Source of the DNA: Octopus vulgaris
Lineage: Eukaryota
NCBI GenBank assembly: GCA_951406725.2
Contig: OX597819.1
Coordinates: 115,940,001 to 116,004,000 of the forward strand
Direction: 5' to 3'
DNA: 64,000 bases
The notes beneath the pieces are model-generated. The model was not told where the DNA came from. It made no database searches and worked only from the letters and a program-made list of their open reading frames with translations. This document shows, piece by piece, positions 40,223-53,641 of this stretch. Positions within the stretch are counted from its first letter, which is position 1; each line of letters opens with the position of its first letter. Made by a program: the position numbers and the translations under genes.

Positions 40223-41439
40223 ATTACAAGCTTTTCAAATTTAAGTGCATTTTCAACAACAAATTTGCCTCTATGTGTGTGTGCGTATGTGTGTGTTTGT
40301 CTATATATGCATCCACACATATAAATATAACTTCCATTGGTCCATGGTCTGGACTATCAAACATCTCCATACGATGGGTCATTCTCTCCTTCACTGTGCT
40401 CTTCTCTTCCACGTTTCAAATTGTCTTATCAAATTGGATTTTGCTCCTCGTTTGTGGAGCAGGTTTCCATTCCTGTTAACTTTGAGGCCTAGTTTTTAAC
40501 TCTGGCTATCGATCCCTCTCAGCAACATCTAAAGCTGATCTGAAGTGTGCACTATGGTTAGGATACTGCTTGCAAATTCGAGGCGTTAGTAGCTCACAGT
40601 TTATGTTGATGCTACATATAACATCAACATCTCCGAGGATAATTTCGAGATATGCGATGAAAATATTTGGAGAGTTGGTGAGAGTTGGTGTCATCTTGTT
40701 TGATGCGCTTCTTGATTTGAACTCTTGCAGCTGAATTTAGGGGAGCTATATTTGTCATACATTTAGTTTGAAGCATTGTGCCTCGATTTTTCTTGCATCT
40801 ACGGAGACTTCAGCAGTGAATTCAACTTTACGCTATCAAAGACCTTTACGTAATTTATGAAGGTAGCACAAAGAGAAAGCTTAAAAGCTTTCGCTCATTC
40901 TAAAATACGTGAGATTGAATATGTAGTTTATCGTGATGTAATCTTTATATACACATATACAAAAACACACACACACGTACTCTTTCTCTCTCTCTCTCTC
41001 TCTCACGTACATACAAATACACACGACAAGCACCAACGCACACATATAGATAGATATATGTATGGATATATGGTGTCATCGTGATGACGAAAGCGAGCAA
41101 TACTCAATACTGGTTAGTAGTGTGTACATAATTTATTATTATTAACATTTGGTGGCATATTTCTTCTAAAACTTTGCTTTTATGGTTGGTGGTAAAGTGG
41201 CATTCTTTAGTTATATATGGACTGACAGTAACCAACAATATGGCTGACTGAGTACCAGGCATTGTGCAAATTTGGGATTTGAAATATCGTTCTTTATCCC
41301 AGTCATACCTAGGAGATTTTTGATACTGAAAGGTCGACAACAATGGCGTTCAGTGAGGCGTCTCCGAACGTTGCAGGTTAAGTGCGAATAGCTATGTATA
41401 ATTCCTGCAAGATTTCCGTTAAGATTTAATATTATTTTC

Positions 41440-41615
41440 TTATTTTGGCACAAGCAAATTTTAAGGATGGGGAACTGTGTTCAACAGGTCCTTTTTTTAT
41501 CGACCATACTAGGATAAAAGGCAAAGTCGACATTTAAACTCAGAGCGCAAAGACAGCCGAAATTCCACTAAGCACTTTGCCCGGGTGTCCATGATTCTGC
41601 CAGTTCATTGCTTAA
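41440..41615 (-). mobile_element. Degenerate SINE family A
   Basis: AAAGGCAAAGTCGAC, AAACTCAGA, TTGCCCGG and TTCTGCCAG match the family A reverse complement. Confidence 0.6.
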
Positions 41616-42676
41616 TATTAAACATTAAGCTTTAAATTTTAAAGAAATTGACGCACTACGGCAAAATAATTAATATGTTAAAGCTGCAATCGAAGAAAAA
41701 CACACACACACAAAGAGAAAAATGGTGAACTGTTACATGACATAACAAAACGGAGGAACGAATCAAGCTTGTTTGTGAAAACCAGTTTCTCTCCTGCCAA
41801 AGTCCGAATGCTACTATCAACAATACATAAACAGAAAAACAACATAAAACTGCTTGCTATGACCAAGCAATACATGACCACAACTACATACAAACTTTAT
41901 TCTTGCCTTTTTAATTTTTAGCCACTACTTGCAGACATTGAACATAATCAAACAATAAAAATAACACCTAACAAAAGCAAAAACAAATAACGATTATACG
42001 CTATTGCGTAGTCTGATACCATACAGGTTGATAAGGTAAATGTTTGTAAAAACCAGATCATACCCTGATAAAAGACAGGAGATAAAAGTGTACATGAACA
42101 CACAAACAACACTATTACCTAACATGGTAAATTTCCAAATATTGGCATTGCTTAGTATTGTTGTTACTTTGTAATCTTTATAATTTCTTGCAAATACGTT
42201 TTTGTTGCTGATTTTTATTACCTAGAGGCAATCTCTAAGCTCTTCGTATTCTCTAAGCTATCCGTTACAGATATTCAACGTTGTTTGTAGGAGAATTGTT
42301 ATCACGCCATCGACTGGTTTTAGATTTAATGCTTATTGTTAGTGTGAAATGCCAATTTATCAGTTAAAATAAAATCTGTTGCCATTTAATCTGCGGCTCC
42401 TGGTTAAAGGAAAACGACTGGCAGCTTCAACGCAGCCGTTGCTTCATATACGTTATCAACAATCTACTGACCGAGAGCAAAGAACGGTTTTAAATTTCTG
42501 TCTTACACGAGATGAGGTGATCTGTCATCCCTCTTGCATTCTGGATTCCATACAAATGATGAACATTTTGGACAGGATCTACTAACAATAAATTAATGAT
42601 TTTCAATGGGATTTTGATTCCAGCGTAGATATTATATATGCGTATTAACATTATGATATATATATATATATATATA

Positions 42677-42850
42677 GGCGTAGCAGTGGCTGTGTGGTAA
42701 GTAGCTTGCTTACCAACCACATAGTTCCGGGTTCAGTCCCACTGCATGGCACCTTGGGCAAGTGTCTTTTACTATAGCCTCGGGCCGATCAAAGCCTTGC
42801 CAGTGGATTTGGTAGACGGAAACTGAAAGAAGTGCGTCGTATATATATAT
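42677..42850 (+). mobile_element. SINE family B 5' half, ending in its internal microsatellite
   Basis: GGCGTAGCAGTGGCTGTGTGGTAAG...GGGTTCAGTCCC...CACCTTGGGCAAGTGTC...GGAAACTGAAAGAAG. Confidence 0.88.
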
Positions 42851-43329
42851 GTATAGATATGCGCGCGCGCGTCTAGATAGATAGATACCCAATACCCAAT
42901 CTTCTTCAAATGTCTCTTGTAGTTTGAGGAAGGATACACTTAATAGAATGTTTATAAGTACATCATATCAAAGGGGGGAAATGAATAAAGCACAGTCGTA
43001 GTTTAGCATAGAGACCAAGGAAAACAGGTTTGTCAGGTTTGAGTACAGAATAATACTTATACTTGGGCTTACTACTTATGGAAACGGAATATGAGACAAA
43101 TCGATGTAGCATGCGTCTAAACAACAACAACAACAACAGTCGCTGTAACAGCAGTAACAATACTATGTAAATGAATGAAGAAGACGTGTGAGTGATCCGC
43201 ATTTATTTCCGACATATACGAACTCTAATGGCGGAGGCCACATATGTACATATCCCCAACGCTCTCTCACAAACATACATACAATCAGTTCATTGTCGTC
43301 TATATGTGTGTGCGCTCCCATTAGTAGAG

Positions 43330-43384
<55 letters not shown>

Positions 43385-43729
43385 GTGTGTGTGTGTGTGG
43401 GTCTGTGTGTGTGTATGTGAGTGTACGTATTTGTAGCGTCCGTTTGAAGATCTCTCCGCAACCGCGTCCTCCGCTTCATTTTTTGTTAATCACTCATTCT
43501 CATTTAATTGTATATATTTTAATTGTTTGCTTATTCATACGTTTCGTCTCATTCGATACCCTGACCCCAATGTTTGTTTTGTCTGTCCTCGTATCGTCCC
43601 CTTTTTTTCCCAACCTTATGGTGAATAAAGAAATACTCTCTGCAATGCACAAACACACTTTTACTATCCTCTTTCTACAATTTGACAGCTTGTTTACACC
43701 ATAGGAATTTACCGATAGCACTTTAATAG

Positions 43730-43780
<51 letters not shown>

Positions 43781-43782
<2 letters not shown>

Positions 43783-44179
43783 TCTTTTACTCTCTTTTAC
43801 TTGTTTCAGTCATTTGACTGCGGCCATGCTGGAGCACCGCTTTTAATCGAGCAAATCGACCCCGGGACTTATTCTTTGTAAGCCCAGTACTTATTCTATC
43901 GGTCTCTTTTTGCCGAACCGCTTAGTAACGGGGACATAAACACACCAGCATCGGTTGTCAAGCAATGCTAGGGGGACAAACACAGACATACAAACACACA
44001 CACGCATATATATATATACATACATATATATATGACGGGCTTCTTTCAGTTTCCATCTATCAAATCCACTCACAAGGCTTTGGTCGGCCCGAGGCTATAG
44101 TAGAAGACACTTGCCGAAGGTGTCACGCAGTGGGACTGAACCCGGAACCACGTGGTTGGTAAACAAGCTACTTACCACA
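43781..44179 (-). mobile_element. SINE family B, near full length
   Basis: Reverse complement of 58918-59378, including the internal microsatellite and a tandem GAGTAAAA-type tail. Confidence 0.9.
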
Positions 44180-45635
44180 ACTGAAATTGTCAGTAAATTA
44201 TATAAATAATGAAAAAAGCTAATCTACAACATAAATACTTTGGCTGTGTTGCTACTTGCGGTTGCTATAAGAACAGTGTAATTGAACATAGAGGTCGTTG
44301 TTGTTTAACCCCAGGAGAGTTCTGAATGATCAGACCAATGCCCTAAAGTATTTCAGTATCTCATTTGTCATTTGTATTTTCTTGCCAGGACGATTAGTAT
44401 TTTCATTTATTTAGTTCTAACATATTTTATTCATCTGTCGTTTCGAACCTTAACTTGAACTAAATATTAAGATAATAATAAAACTACGAGTCAAAGACTG
44501 GAGAAGACTCGGAACATGTTTCCAGGGACATGTTTTCTTGAGATATCTGTGAAAGGATATTATTCATTCCAATTGCCGTAGTGGTGAAAGATAAAACAGA
44601 AAATATTTGCTGGCAAAGTGCAATTATTGTAAACATATTTTGTGTATAAATCATTAAAAAACTAACTAGTAAATATAAACAGCGAAGAAATAGTAAATGT
44701 GAAATTAAATATAATTTTCTGATAATTAAGAGAGAACTATGAAAATGTTTGGTTTTGCTCTGGTCGTATTGGCAAAGAATTTTCTTCCATATATATGTCT
44801 CAGTTCACTGTACATTTTATAGTCCTTCCATATGCTTTAAAGTCCTCCTTATATTCTATAGGCTTCTGCATAAGCCTTTCCTACTTTCTATAGTCTCATG
44901 TGATCATTATTTTTGTTCCCACTAACAATTGCACAGAGCAGAAGGCAGTACAAATACATTTTGCATCACTTGTAGTCGTGTCAGTGCAAAACATCTTTGG
45001 TTTTTTGTTTCGTTGCTTTCGTTCCCAAGGATGATAATCCGAATGAAACAAAGACAAAATTGAAATTGATAAGATTTTATTACCAGCAGCTGGTGTTTTT
45101 CATTATTACATAGCATATAATAGTTGCAAATTGAAGAAGAGCAAGGAGATAATTTACAGACTTTCTCACTAACACTATTAGAAGACGTGTAACTATATTA
45201 AGGCGCTGCTAAAATTTCTCAGTCAAATGAGATCGCTGGGTATATCAATATGTCAGCCATTTAGAATTTGTGATATGTGAGGAATATGTGTAAGATATAC
45301 CGCTTCTGTTTAAATATTTTGAAGAAAATGAAACACCCACTAACCAATTTATCAAACCAACTAGAATGCGCGTTGAGGATCCGGTATGCCCCTCACCCTC
45401 AAAACAGAAACATTCATTTTCTAAGTCCAATTTATCATTTGTTATTCTCCAAACAATTTACGCTGATTAAGATCATAACTGGTATGGCTCGAAAGCTTTT
45501 TAAACCCCAACGCCGTAACAAAAGTTCTGTGAAATTAAACGTTCGTAAGTATCTTCTTATTTATTCATATATTTGGATGTTACCAGTCGCGCACACACAC
45601 ACAGACACACACATACATACACATATATATATATT

Positions 45636-45683
<48 letters not shown>

Positions 45684-45687
<4 letters not shown>

Positions 45688-45840
45688 TATAAGTATATAA
45701 TTCAAGAGAAATCTTCAGGAAGCTTCCTGAAGATTTCTCTGAATGAAACAGTACAAAACTCCTTCTATATAATAAATTAATTTTACTCTGTATGTATTGA
45801 GTACCTTACTTACTGTGGTTAACCCCGAATCAACCCGGGA

Positions 45841-45842
<2 letters not shown>
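45684..45842 (+). mobile_element. Penelope-like island with a perfect 36-bp palindrome (45705-45740) overlapping a partial hammerhead
   Basis: AGAGAAATCTTCAGGAAG|CTTCCTGAAGATTTCTCT, containing CTGAAGA tTTC tct GAAt GAAA CAG TA. (TA)n on both sides. Confidence 0.6.
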
Positions 45843-45896
<54 letters not shown>

Positions 45897-45930
45897 AATA
45901 TATAAACAGAAACATATGTATTTATATATA

Positions 45931-46011
<81 letters not shown>

Positions 46012-46016
<5 letters not shown>

Positions 46017-46154
46017 TCCAAACATGAACAAGCAAGAAAAAAACAACTCGAGGACGTGGAATAAGTACAGTGTTATTGAGCGATCTGGAATTGAAAGAAA
46101 GGAGGATTTCACGTTTCGAGCGGAGCTCTTCGTCAGGAATATAGAAAAGTAAGA

Positions 46155-46155
<1 letters not shown>
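46012..46155 (-). mobile_element. Family H1 pseudo-LTR fragment with a minimal hammerhead core (46106-46140)
   Basis: Minus strand CTGACGA A GAGC TCC GCTC GAAA CGT G. The core is intact but the cleavage position is G. Embedded in (TA)n. Confidence 0.68.
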
Positions 46156-46189
<34 letters not shown>

Positions 46190-46192
<3 letters not shown>

Positions 46193-47290
46193 ATCGTCTA
46201 GTATGAAGTATGTAGAAAAGAAAATGTTTACTAATTTTTATAAACACAAAGAATACTTTCATTCATCAAAGTATGCACCCATATAGTCAACATGCTTTTG
46301 CCCGGAACTGTAAAAGCCTGTCAATCTAGAGTCAATAAAATCTTGGAAGGCCTGTTTTACAGCATCGTCGGAATTAAACTTTTTTCCTATCAACAACTTA
46401 TCCAAATTCTGGAAGAAGTGGTGGTCAGCGGGGTCAAGATTATGAGAATATGGTGGATGATAGAGAACTTCCAACTCCAACTCCTGTAGTTTCGCCAATG
46501 CCATTTTTGTGATGTGTGGTCTGGCGTTGTCTTGCAATAAATTCGGAGTGGATCTCTTGACTAACCTAGGCTGTTTTTATGTAAGTTTCAGCATCATTTG
46601 GACCTGATGGCTGCAGTATACTTCGGCCGTGATTGATGAGCCAGGTTTAATGAAATCATAATGGATCACATCTGGGCCAGACCACCAAACACACACAATT
46701 ATATTCTTTTGCTGAATTTTTCTTCTTGGACTGTGTCTTGGTGGCTCGTCTTTGCTCAACCATTGTGATAAATATTTACAGTTGTTGTATTGGATCCATT
46801 TCTCATCACGTTACAATTCCATTAAAAATGCTTCATTTTTGTGACGAGAAAGCAGCATAATGCAGGCTTCCAAATGTTGCTGTTTCTGAATTACATTGAG
46901 TTCATGTGGAACCCACTTATCTAACTTTTTCACTTTACCAATTTGAACTAGGTGCGTCAATATTGTTTGCTTACTAACACCAAACAACAACGATAATTCA
47001 TGGGCACTTTGAGATGAATCTGACTCGACGGTGGCTTTCAGTTCGTCATTATCCGCCTTTGTTTCTGGTCGACCGCGTTGCTCATTTGTGAGGCTACCAG
47101 AACGAAATTTTGCAAACCAATCTGATACTGTCTGCTGTGTAATAACATTAGAATGAAATACTACATTAATATTCGAGCTGTCTGTGATGCTGTATTTCCA
47201 AGAAAGAACTCATATTTCAAAACTGTACGAATTTCCGACTTATCCATCTCTAAACAAAAATAGCAAAAAAAAAAAAACATTTATAAATAA
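46190..47290 (-). mobile_element. Mariner (DD34D-type) transposon relic
   Basis: Starts MDKSEIRTVLKYEF at ~47247, then KWVPHELN, IIVCVWWS...ITAEVYC and QDNARPH...HPPYSHNLDPADHHFF...GAYFDE. Frameshifted. Confidence 0.9.
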
Positions 47291-47440
47291 TTTACGAAGC
47301 GCAAAATAAGTTAGAATAAAGAAATAGATGTATCAGTTTTCTAACAAAAATAAAGGTTGCCAAAATATAATAATGGTAGAAAATGAGCTCCTGTCAAAGT
47401 TTACCATATTCCTTACTACAAACTGGAAAGAAGTGAGCGA

Positions 47441-47511
47441 GATACGTTGGTGTAATGGTAGCACACTTGTTGCGAATAGTTAGCGGTGTGGGTTCGAGAC
47501 CCACGCATACA
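47441..47511 (+). pseudogene. Degenerate tRNA-like sequence (SINE head or tRNA pseudogene)
   Basis: A box TGGTGTAATGG with a pairing D arm, and T arm GTGGG-TTCGAGA-CCCAC. Acceptor and anticodon stems do not pair. Confidence 0.5.
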
Positions 47512-47667
47512 GAAAACCATCCTTTATTTCTGTCGTGCTCCAACAGTAGTCTAATTTCTTTAATCAATTCATTAGCTTTAAGCTTATAAAATATTACTAA
47601 TACTGTTTACAGAATTGCAAAATTGACCGCACGTACCAGATCCTCGTACACACACACACAAACATGT

Positions 47668-47669
<2 letters not shown>

Positions 47670-47760
<91 letters not shown>

Positions 47761-47893
47761 TGTATGTATGTATGTATGTATGTATGTATGTATGTATGTA
47801 TGTATGTATGTATGTATGTATGTATGTATGTAGGTAGGTAGGTAGGTAGGTAGGTAGGTAGGTAGGTAGGTAGGTAGGTAGGTAGGTAGGTAG
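47670..47893. repeat. (TA)n-(TATG)n-(TAGG)n compound microsatellite
   Basis: Read directly. Confidence 0.95.
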
Positions 47894-48127
47894 GGAGAAA
47901 CGATATGAGAGTGATGAAGTAAACAAGGCATACTAAGCAAGGAGTATTTATTAGAAATGAATACAAAAAGACACGATATATATATCAGCGATCAAGAATC
48001 TGGTCGTTATGAGTAAGTTTGTGTATCATTAAGGAGGTTTAATAAGTTTTAAACATGTCCGAATTTGCTACTGTACTTGCCAAAACCAAATGCAACCCCT
48101 ACTGCATGTTACTACTCAGTTTGTTTT

Positions 48128-48945
48128 TATTATTATTATTATTATTATTATTGTTGAGTGAAAGATTTGGGCATGCCATCAAAATAACACTGGAGTAAAA
48201 TACACGAAGCCCAATATGCCCATCATGACTACCCGTCTGATAAGGGTACACCAGGCACATGATTCATCACCATCTGTGCGTGACATGGTCATCTTATATC
48301 AAGAAAAACAGCGCATAAACTTGCAGGTGGGGCCCTGTTAGAATTTTCTTCAGACTGAGTAGCCCATCCCCTTCAAAAGGTCCCTGAATAAGGTTTATTT
48401 AAAGATGTTGAACGAAACATCCATGTTTCCTGATGTGAATTATTCAAACCTCAAGAATTCCTCATATTTCCCCATTACTTCTAGTCGTGATCAGAGATGC
48501 ACATACCCTCAGCCACTGGATAAGGTTAATGAAGTGACAAGCAAATCTGTCACATTCTGCAGAAGATTTATTCTAGCCCATCTTTTATACGAATGCAAAA
48601 CATATATATGATTACATATATATGATGCCTTGGGTATGTGTTGTGATATGTTGTGATGCTCTGATGGTTACTGTATTGAAAGTGTTTTGCGTAGGATGTG
48701 TACAGTGCCCAGTAATGCAATTTTCTGTATGTTATATATATTTGTAAGTCCTGGTGTTTTTGTTAGGTATTTGTATGAATATTTTTTTATCATACCTAAT
48801 GCGCCTACTATGATAGGGATTGTTTCTGTATTTAGATTCCACATTCGAGTTACCTCTATTTCCAGGTCTTTGTATTTTGAAAGTTTCTCCATTTCTTTTA
48901 GAGAGACGTTGTCATCTTCTGGTACTGATACATCAATTAGAAAGC
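48128..48945 (-). mobile_element. 5'-truncated R4/Dong-type (RLE) non-LTR retrotransposon ending in (TAA)n
   Basis: LIDVSVPEDDNV..KEMEKLSKYKDL...TIPIIVGALG...IQKIALLGTVHILRK is a restriction-like endonuclease C-terminus. A ~500-bp 3' UTR ends at a TAA array, the known Dong target. Confidence 0.88.
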
Positions 48946-48947
48946 TG

Positions 48948-49014
48948 CTTCTTCTTCTTCTTCTTCTTCTTCTTCTTCTTCTTCTTCTTCTTCTTCTTCT
49001 TCTTCTTCTTCTTC
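48948..49014. repeat. (CTT)n / (GAA)n microsatellite
   Basis: Read directly; lies at the 5' truncation point of the R4/Dong fragment. Confidence 0.95.
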
Positions 49015-50053
49015 TCTATTAATCTATTTAAATTCCGGAATTGTTACCCCTTTCTTGACGTAAATCAATACCAGTTGACTATTTGTTTTCCATGCAGAAG
49101 GAGTCACTGGGTAATCTTCCTTTAGCCATTCTTTCAACTCTGTTAAACTCTGTTTCTGCTCTCATTGATTATAATGTCTAGAACTCTCATAGATTTCTAC
49201 ATAGCATTAGTAGAATGCGTAGATATTTTTTCCCCCACAGAATTTATGGCCAATGCTCATAATATGGATGAAAGGATACAGCAGATAAATCTTGTTGCTG
49301 AAAAAGAAAACAGTAGTGAAAGTTAATTTAACGTCATAAATACAAACTAGGCTCACGAATTAATCAAACATGAGAAAGTCTGGGCAGTTCACTAGAAAAT
49401 AAGAATGGTAGAAAATGCCAGAAGAAAACAATAAAGATGAAAAACTAATTCCATTCGTATAGGTTTTTATATTCATTCTTCATTCTCAAATCATAGTTTG
49501 CATGTTTCAAGTAGCTAAAGCTACGTTATGTTACGTTTATATGATGAAGAAAGACACTGTGGTGGTATTTGAAGAGACAGCAATAATGAAGAAGCTTTGA
49601 TTGATTACACGTCCGTAGGATTCCTTATCTTATTCAGCCATCTGAATTGCTTGAGATAAAGAAAAATCAGTTTCCATTTAAAGCTAGCGTTTCCAATGAG
49701 AGCAAACAAAAGCTAAGGACAAACACAACTACATGCGACAAAGAAGTTAGTTTTCTGTGAGCTACTTTATGTTGCTATATAAAATGTTAGAAAGGTGAAT
49801 AAAATTTGAGTATATTAGAAGAACTGTGTCGAATTTGATGGTAAGGGAGGACATTACTATTACCAATTGTAATTCCTGGAGGATTTTCATTCTTGTTTGT
49901 TTCATTGATATTTATTTATTTTTTCCTTTTCTGTTTTATATTATTGATTATTCTCTGCCTGTTTTCTTCTTCCTGTTGTTGAAGACCAATATACTTAGCG
50001 ACTTCAGTCAATGAAGATGACCGTCAAGTTAATACTACCAGCTAATGTATACA

Positions 50054-50130
<77 letters not shown>

Positions 50131-50230
50131 AAGATTAGCTCGTATACGAGTGGGTATATATTTGTAAAAAATGAAGTTTGAAAATGCTGCTATATTAGAC
50201 AAATTTTAATTTTTATATATACATTATTTA

Positions 50231-50273
50231 TTTAACATGTTTCGGTTCTTGAAATGACGAACCTTATCAAAAA
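50231..50273 (-). ncRNA. Minimal hammerhead motif with U3-A8 core
   Basis: Minus strand TTT TTGATAA GGTTC gtcatttcaa GAACC GAAA CATG TT AAA. Perfect 5-bp stem II, palindromic ACATGT stem III, weak A-U stem I. Confidence 0.6.
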
Positions 50274-50527
50274 AAATTTAAATATAAAAAAGATAGTTCA
50301 TGCTATCAAATATAAAAAAATCATATATAATATTCAATAGAGTCAGACATAAATTCATATATAGTAAAGCGAGTCAATGCTATATGTTTAAAGAGTATGA
50401 TGTAGTAGTTCATAGTGGTGATATGCATTCAATATAAAAAATTCAACGTGTGTGTTTGTGAATAAGAGCGTAAATACATGTAGATAAACAAACACCACTC
50501 ATATAATAAATAAAATAAATAGATAAC

Positions 50528-50750
50528 TATTTCTTTACTACCCACAAGGGGCTAAACACAGAGAGGACAGACAAAGAGATTAAGTCGATTACATCGACCC
50601 CTGTGCGTAACTGGTACTTATTTAATCGACCCCGGAAGAATGAAAGGCAAAGTCGACCTCGGCGGAATTTGAACTCAGAACGTAGCGGCAGACGAAATAC
50701 CGCAAAGCATTTCGCCTGGTGTGCTAACGATTCTGCCAGCTCGCCGCCTT
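50528..50750 (-). mobile_element. SINE family A with 18-bp TSD
   Basis: Reverse complement of 10547-10776. ATAAAATAAATAGATAAC at 50510-50527 and 50752-50769. Confidence 0.92.
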
Positions 50751-51126
50751 GATAAAATAAATAGATAACCTCTGACATAAATGCGCTTCATATAGACGCA
50801 TAAATGTATAACCAATAAATAAGCATATACGTACTTCACAAATACATAAATAAGTAAACAGACAGACAGACAGACAGACACACACATGCATGTGTATGTA
50901 TGTGTTGTTAAGAAATGTGTTTCGCAAATATGTGCCTTCTTGTTTATTCCCAGTACGCAACGCCAACGGTGTTTTCTATCATAACTTTGGGTTGGCCAAA
51001 CTTTTGTGATCTTTGACTAAAATTCAGGAAACAGAAACTGTTCAAAAGCCTTGCATTACTCTCTTTTTCCTCTTTCTTCTTCCCCTATTCCTCTCTCTCT
51101 CCCTTCTCTCTCTTTCTCTCTCTCTC

Positions 51127-51220
<94 letters not shown>

Positions 51221-51375
51221 AGCGCGCTCGCGTCTGTGTCTATGTATACATATATACGTATACGTGTATATGTATGTATGTACGCATGTTTGTATGTACT
51301 TCTGAATGCATATTTGTATGTGTGTATGTGTATGTTTTTAAGCATGTATTTATTTATGTATATATATATATATAT

Positions 51376-51433
51376 AAATCACAAACAAGAATAAAAGATA
51401 TATATATATATATAAATCACAAACAAGAATAAA

Positions 51434-51467
<34 letters not shown>

Positions 51468-51483
51468 CACAAACAAGAATAAA

Positions 51484-51520
<37 letters not shown>

Positions 51521-51540
51521 AAAACAAAAAATAAAAGGAG
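51376..51540. repeat. Tandem array of AAATCACAAACAAGAATAAAAGA + (TA)n (3 exact units plus 1 diverged)
   Basis: Read directly; spacers are variable-length (TA)n. Confidence 0.9.
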
Positions 51541-52479
51541 TAAGGTTACGGAGGCAAACTGTAGAATAACAAATAATAAACGAGGTTAAACAGCGAAAGC
51601 ACGCGACAGAATTCAGCATCGAAATATGAGACGAAACAAAGCAATAAAATAATGTGTACGTTGAAAATAATTATGCCAATTAAACGAACAGAACAGAATG
51701 CAACGTATCCGGTTATATTCTTTATCAAAGAAATGAAAAAAGAAGAAAAAAGAGCGATACTTAATTGCAGAAATCGGAAGTTTCTTAACTATAAGGAATA
51801 GACATATCGTTTTCATATTCTTGTCTTATAAAATATTTTCATGGACAGTAAAAATAAAAGTAATAAAACAACTTTGCTTGATATTTCATCAACGATTAAT
51901 TACTATTTGTTTTTCTAGACAATCACTGCTTTCTTCCAGATTACTTCCGATGAAACGTATTGTGGCCATAAACACACCCGCCATTGCGTATATCATTCTC
52001 TGTGTTCTTCCTTCTTTCGTTCATAGACAGAGGAATATCTGGCTTCTATTTCTAGCAGAACGAGCAGCTACAAAGAGGCTCTATCTTTGGCTTGTAGGTT
52101 TGTGCGAAAGCATATTAATAGAATCATCAAAGTTCTTGTTTGATATAAACGAGTTAGAGTTGAATGCTTCCTGATCAAACCTCCATCCTGTCGATAGTAG
52201 GTACGAAAGAGTGAGGAATACACAAAAGGAATTTGTGTGCGGAAAATACTTGATTTTGATCGGTAGACATTTGCTTCACTCTAAGAAAAATAAAGTAAAG
52301 AACCAGAGGGAAATGTTTATAAGATTCAGCTTCAGTCACTCAATTCTTATAAATTAATTCCTATAAACTTCTCTGGCCTCTGGTCGGTCCTGATTGATAA
52401 AAGCTTTGACTAAAAGAGTTTCGTCCTCTAGCAACTCGTCTTTTTGGATAACTAAGAGCACATGGTATAATGCGTTATA

Positions 52480-52713
52480 TTATATCTTTTTTGCTCACAA
52501 GGGGCTAAACATAGAGGGGATAAACAAGGACAGACAAACGTATTAAGTCGATTATATCGACCCCAGTGCGTAACTGGTACTTAATTTATCGATCCCGAAA
52601 GAATGAAAAGCAAAGTCGACCTCGGCAGAATTTGAATTGAGAACGTAACGGCAGACGAAATACCGCTAAGCATTTCACCCTGCGTGCTAACGTTTCTGCT
52701 AGCTCGCAGCCAT
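52480..52713 (-). mobile_element. SINE family A with 13-bp TSD
   Basis: Reverse complement of family A. TATAATGCGTTAT at 52466-52478 and 52714-52726. Confidence 0.9.
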
Positions 52714-53641
52714 TATAATGCGTTATTTTGACAGTGTTGAAGCTACATCGTTCGCCAGGCTCATAAACTATGGTTTCTATAATCGTTTGTTTCACTTGTG
52801 TTGCAATGTTCGAGAAAAATAACAAGGTATATATGGTATAATATCAGTGAGCTCAACTTTATATATAACAGCATGAGAACCTTAACGCTGTCGCGTGACC
52901 TGCTAGAATGAGCTGTGAAATTACCTTGAAATCAGATTCTAACTAAGGATAGAATGCGAATTGAACATAAAATGACATTGGATCACGTAGTCCTTGAAAC
53001 ACTGTTTGAAACGCAGTTATGGGCAAATATCTCAAAAGAAGCACAAGTATTACAAAAAAAAAAATAAAATAATTGTAAGGCAGGATATTGAGGGTTGTAT
53101 GACCTCTTATCATTGGTCTATATTTTTAGACCTGCTCTGAAACTTGGCAAAGTTAAAAACAATACAAGAAAGCAACAATAATTATACCAGACTCCTCTGA
53201 ACGTTGTGGCACGACGTTATACCTATATACACTGATAGTGATTGCTGGAGAATTAGCCTTACAGCAGTGATTAGACACGTACAAGTAAATATATTTTACT
53301 TGCTTCAGTCATTAGACTGCAGCCATGCTGCAGCATTGCCTTGAAGAATTTTAGAAGAATAGGTAATTGTTAACGTATTTCTCTATTGGCATGAAAGCAA
53401 TGGTAGACTTAACCTACAAATAAAGATACATACCTACATGCACACAGACACACATACACACACACATATAATCTTTGTTTTATCTTTTTATCTTTTACTT
53501 GTTTACATATAGTTGAAGGGAATGAAGAATGAACAGGCAAACAATCGATATCAGTTTAGAGTATGGAACACATATGTCTAAATATGATTATTGAGCCTTT
53601 ACAATAGAGTTGATGGAATAGAATAGTGTTTTCTAGATAAT

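Noticed and set aside
40330-40830. Possible decayed LINE or host exon on the minus strand
   Set aside because: No diagnostic motif or clean splice boundaries.
47441-47511. Functional tRNA gene
   Set aside because: The acceptor and anticodon stems do not pair.
51376-51540. CRISPR-like repeat-spacer appearance
   Set aside because: The spacers are only (TA)n, the context is eukaryotic, and there are no cas genes.
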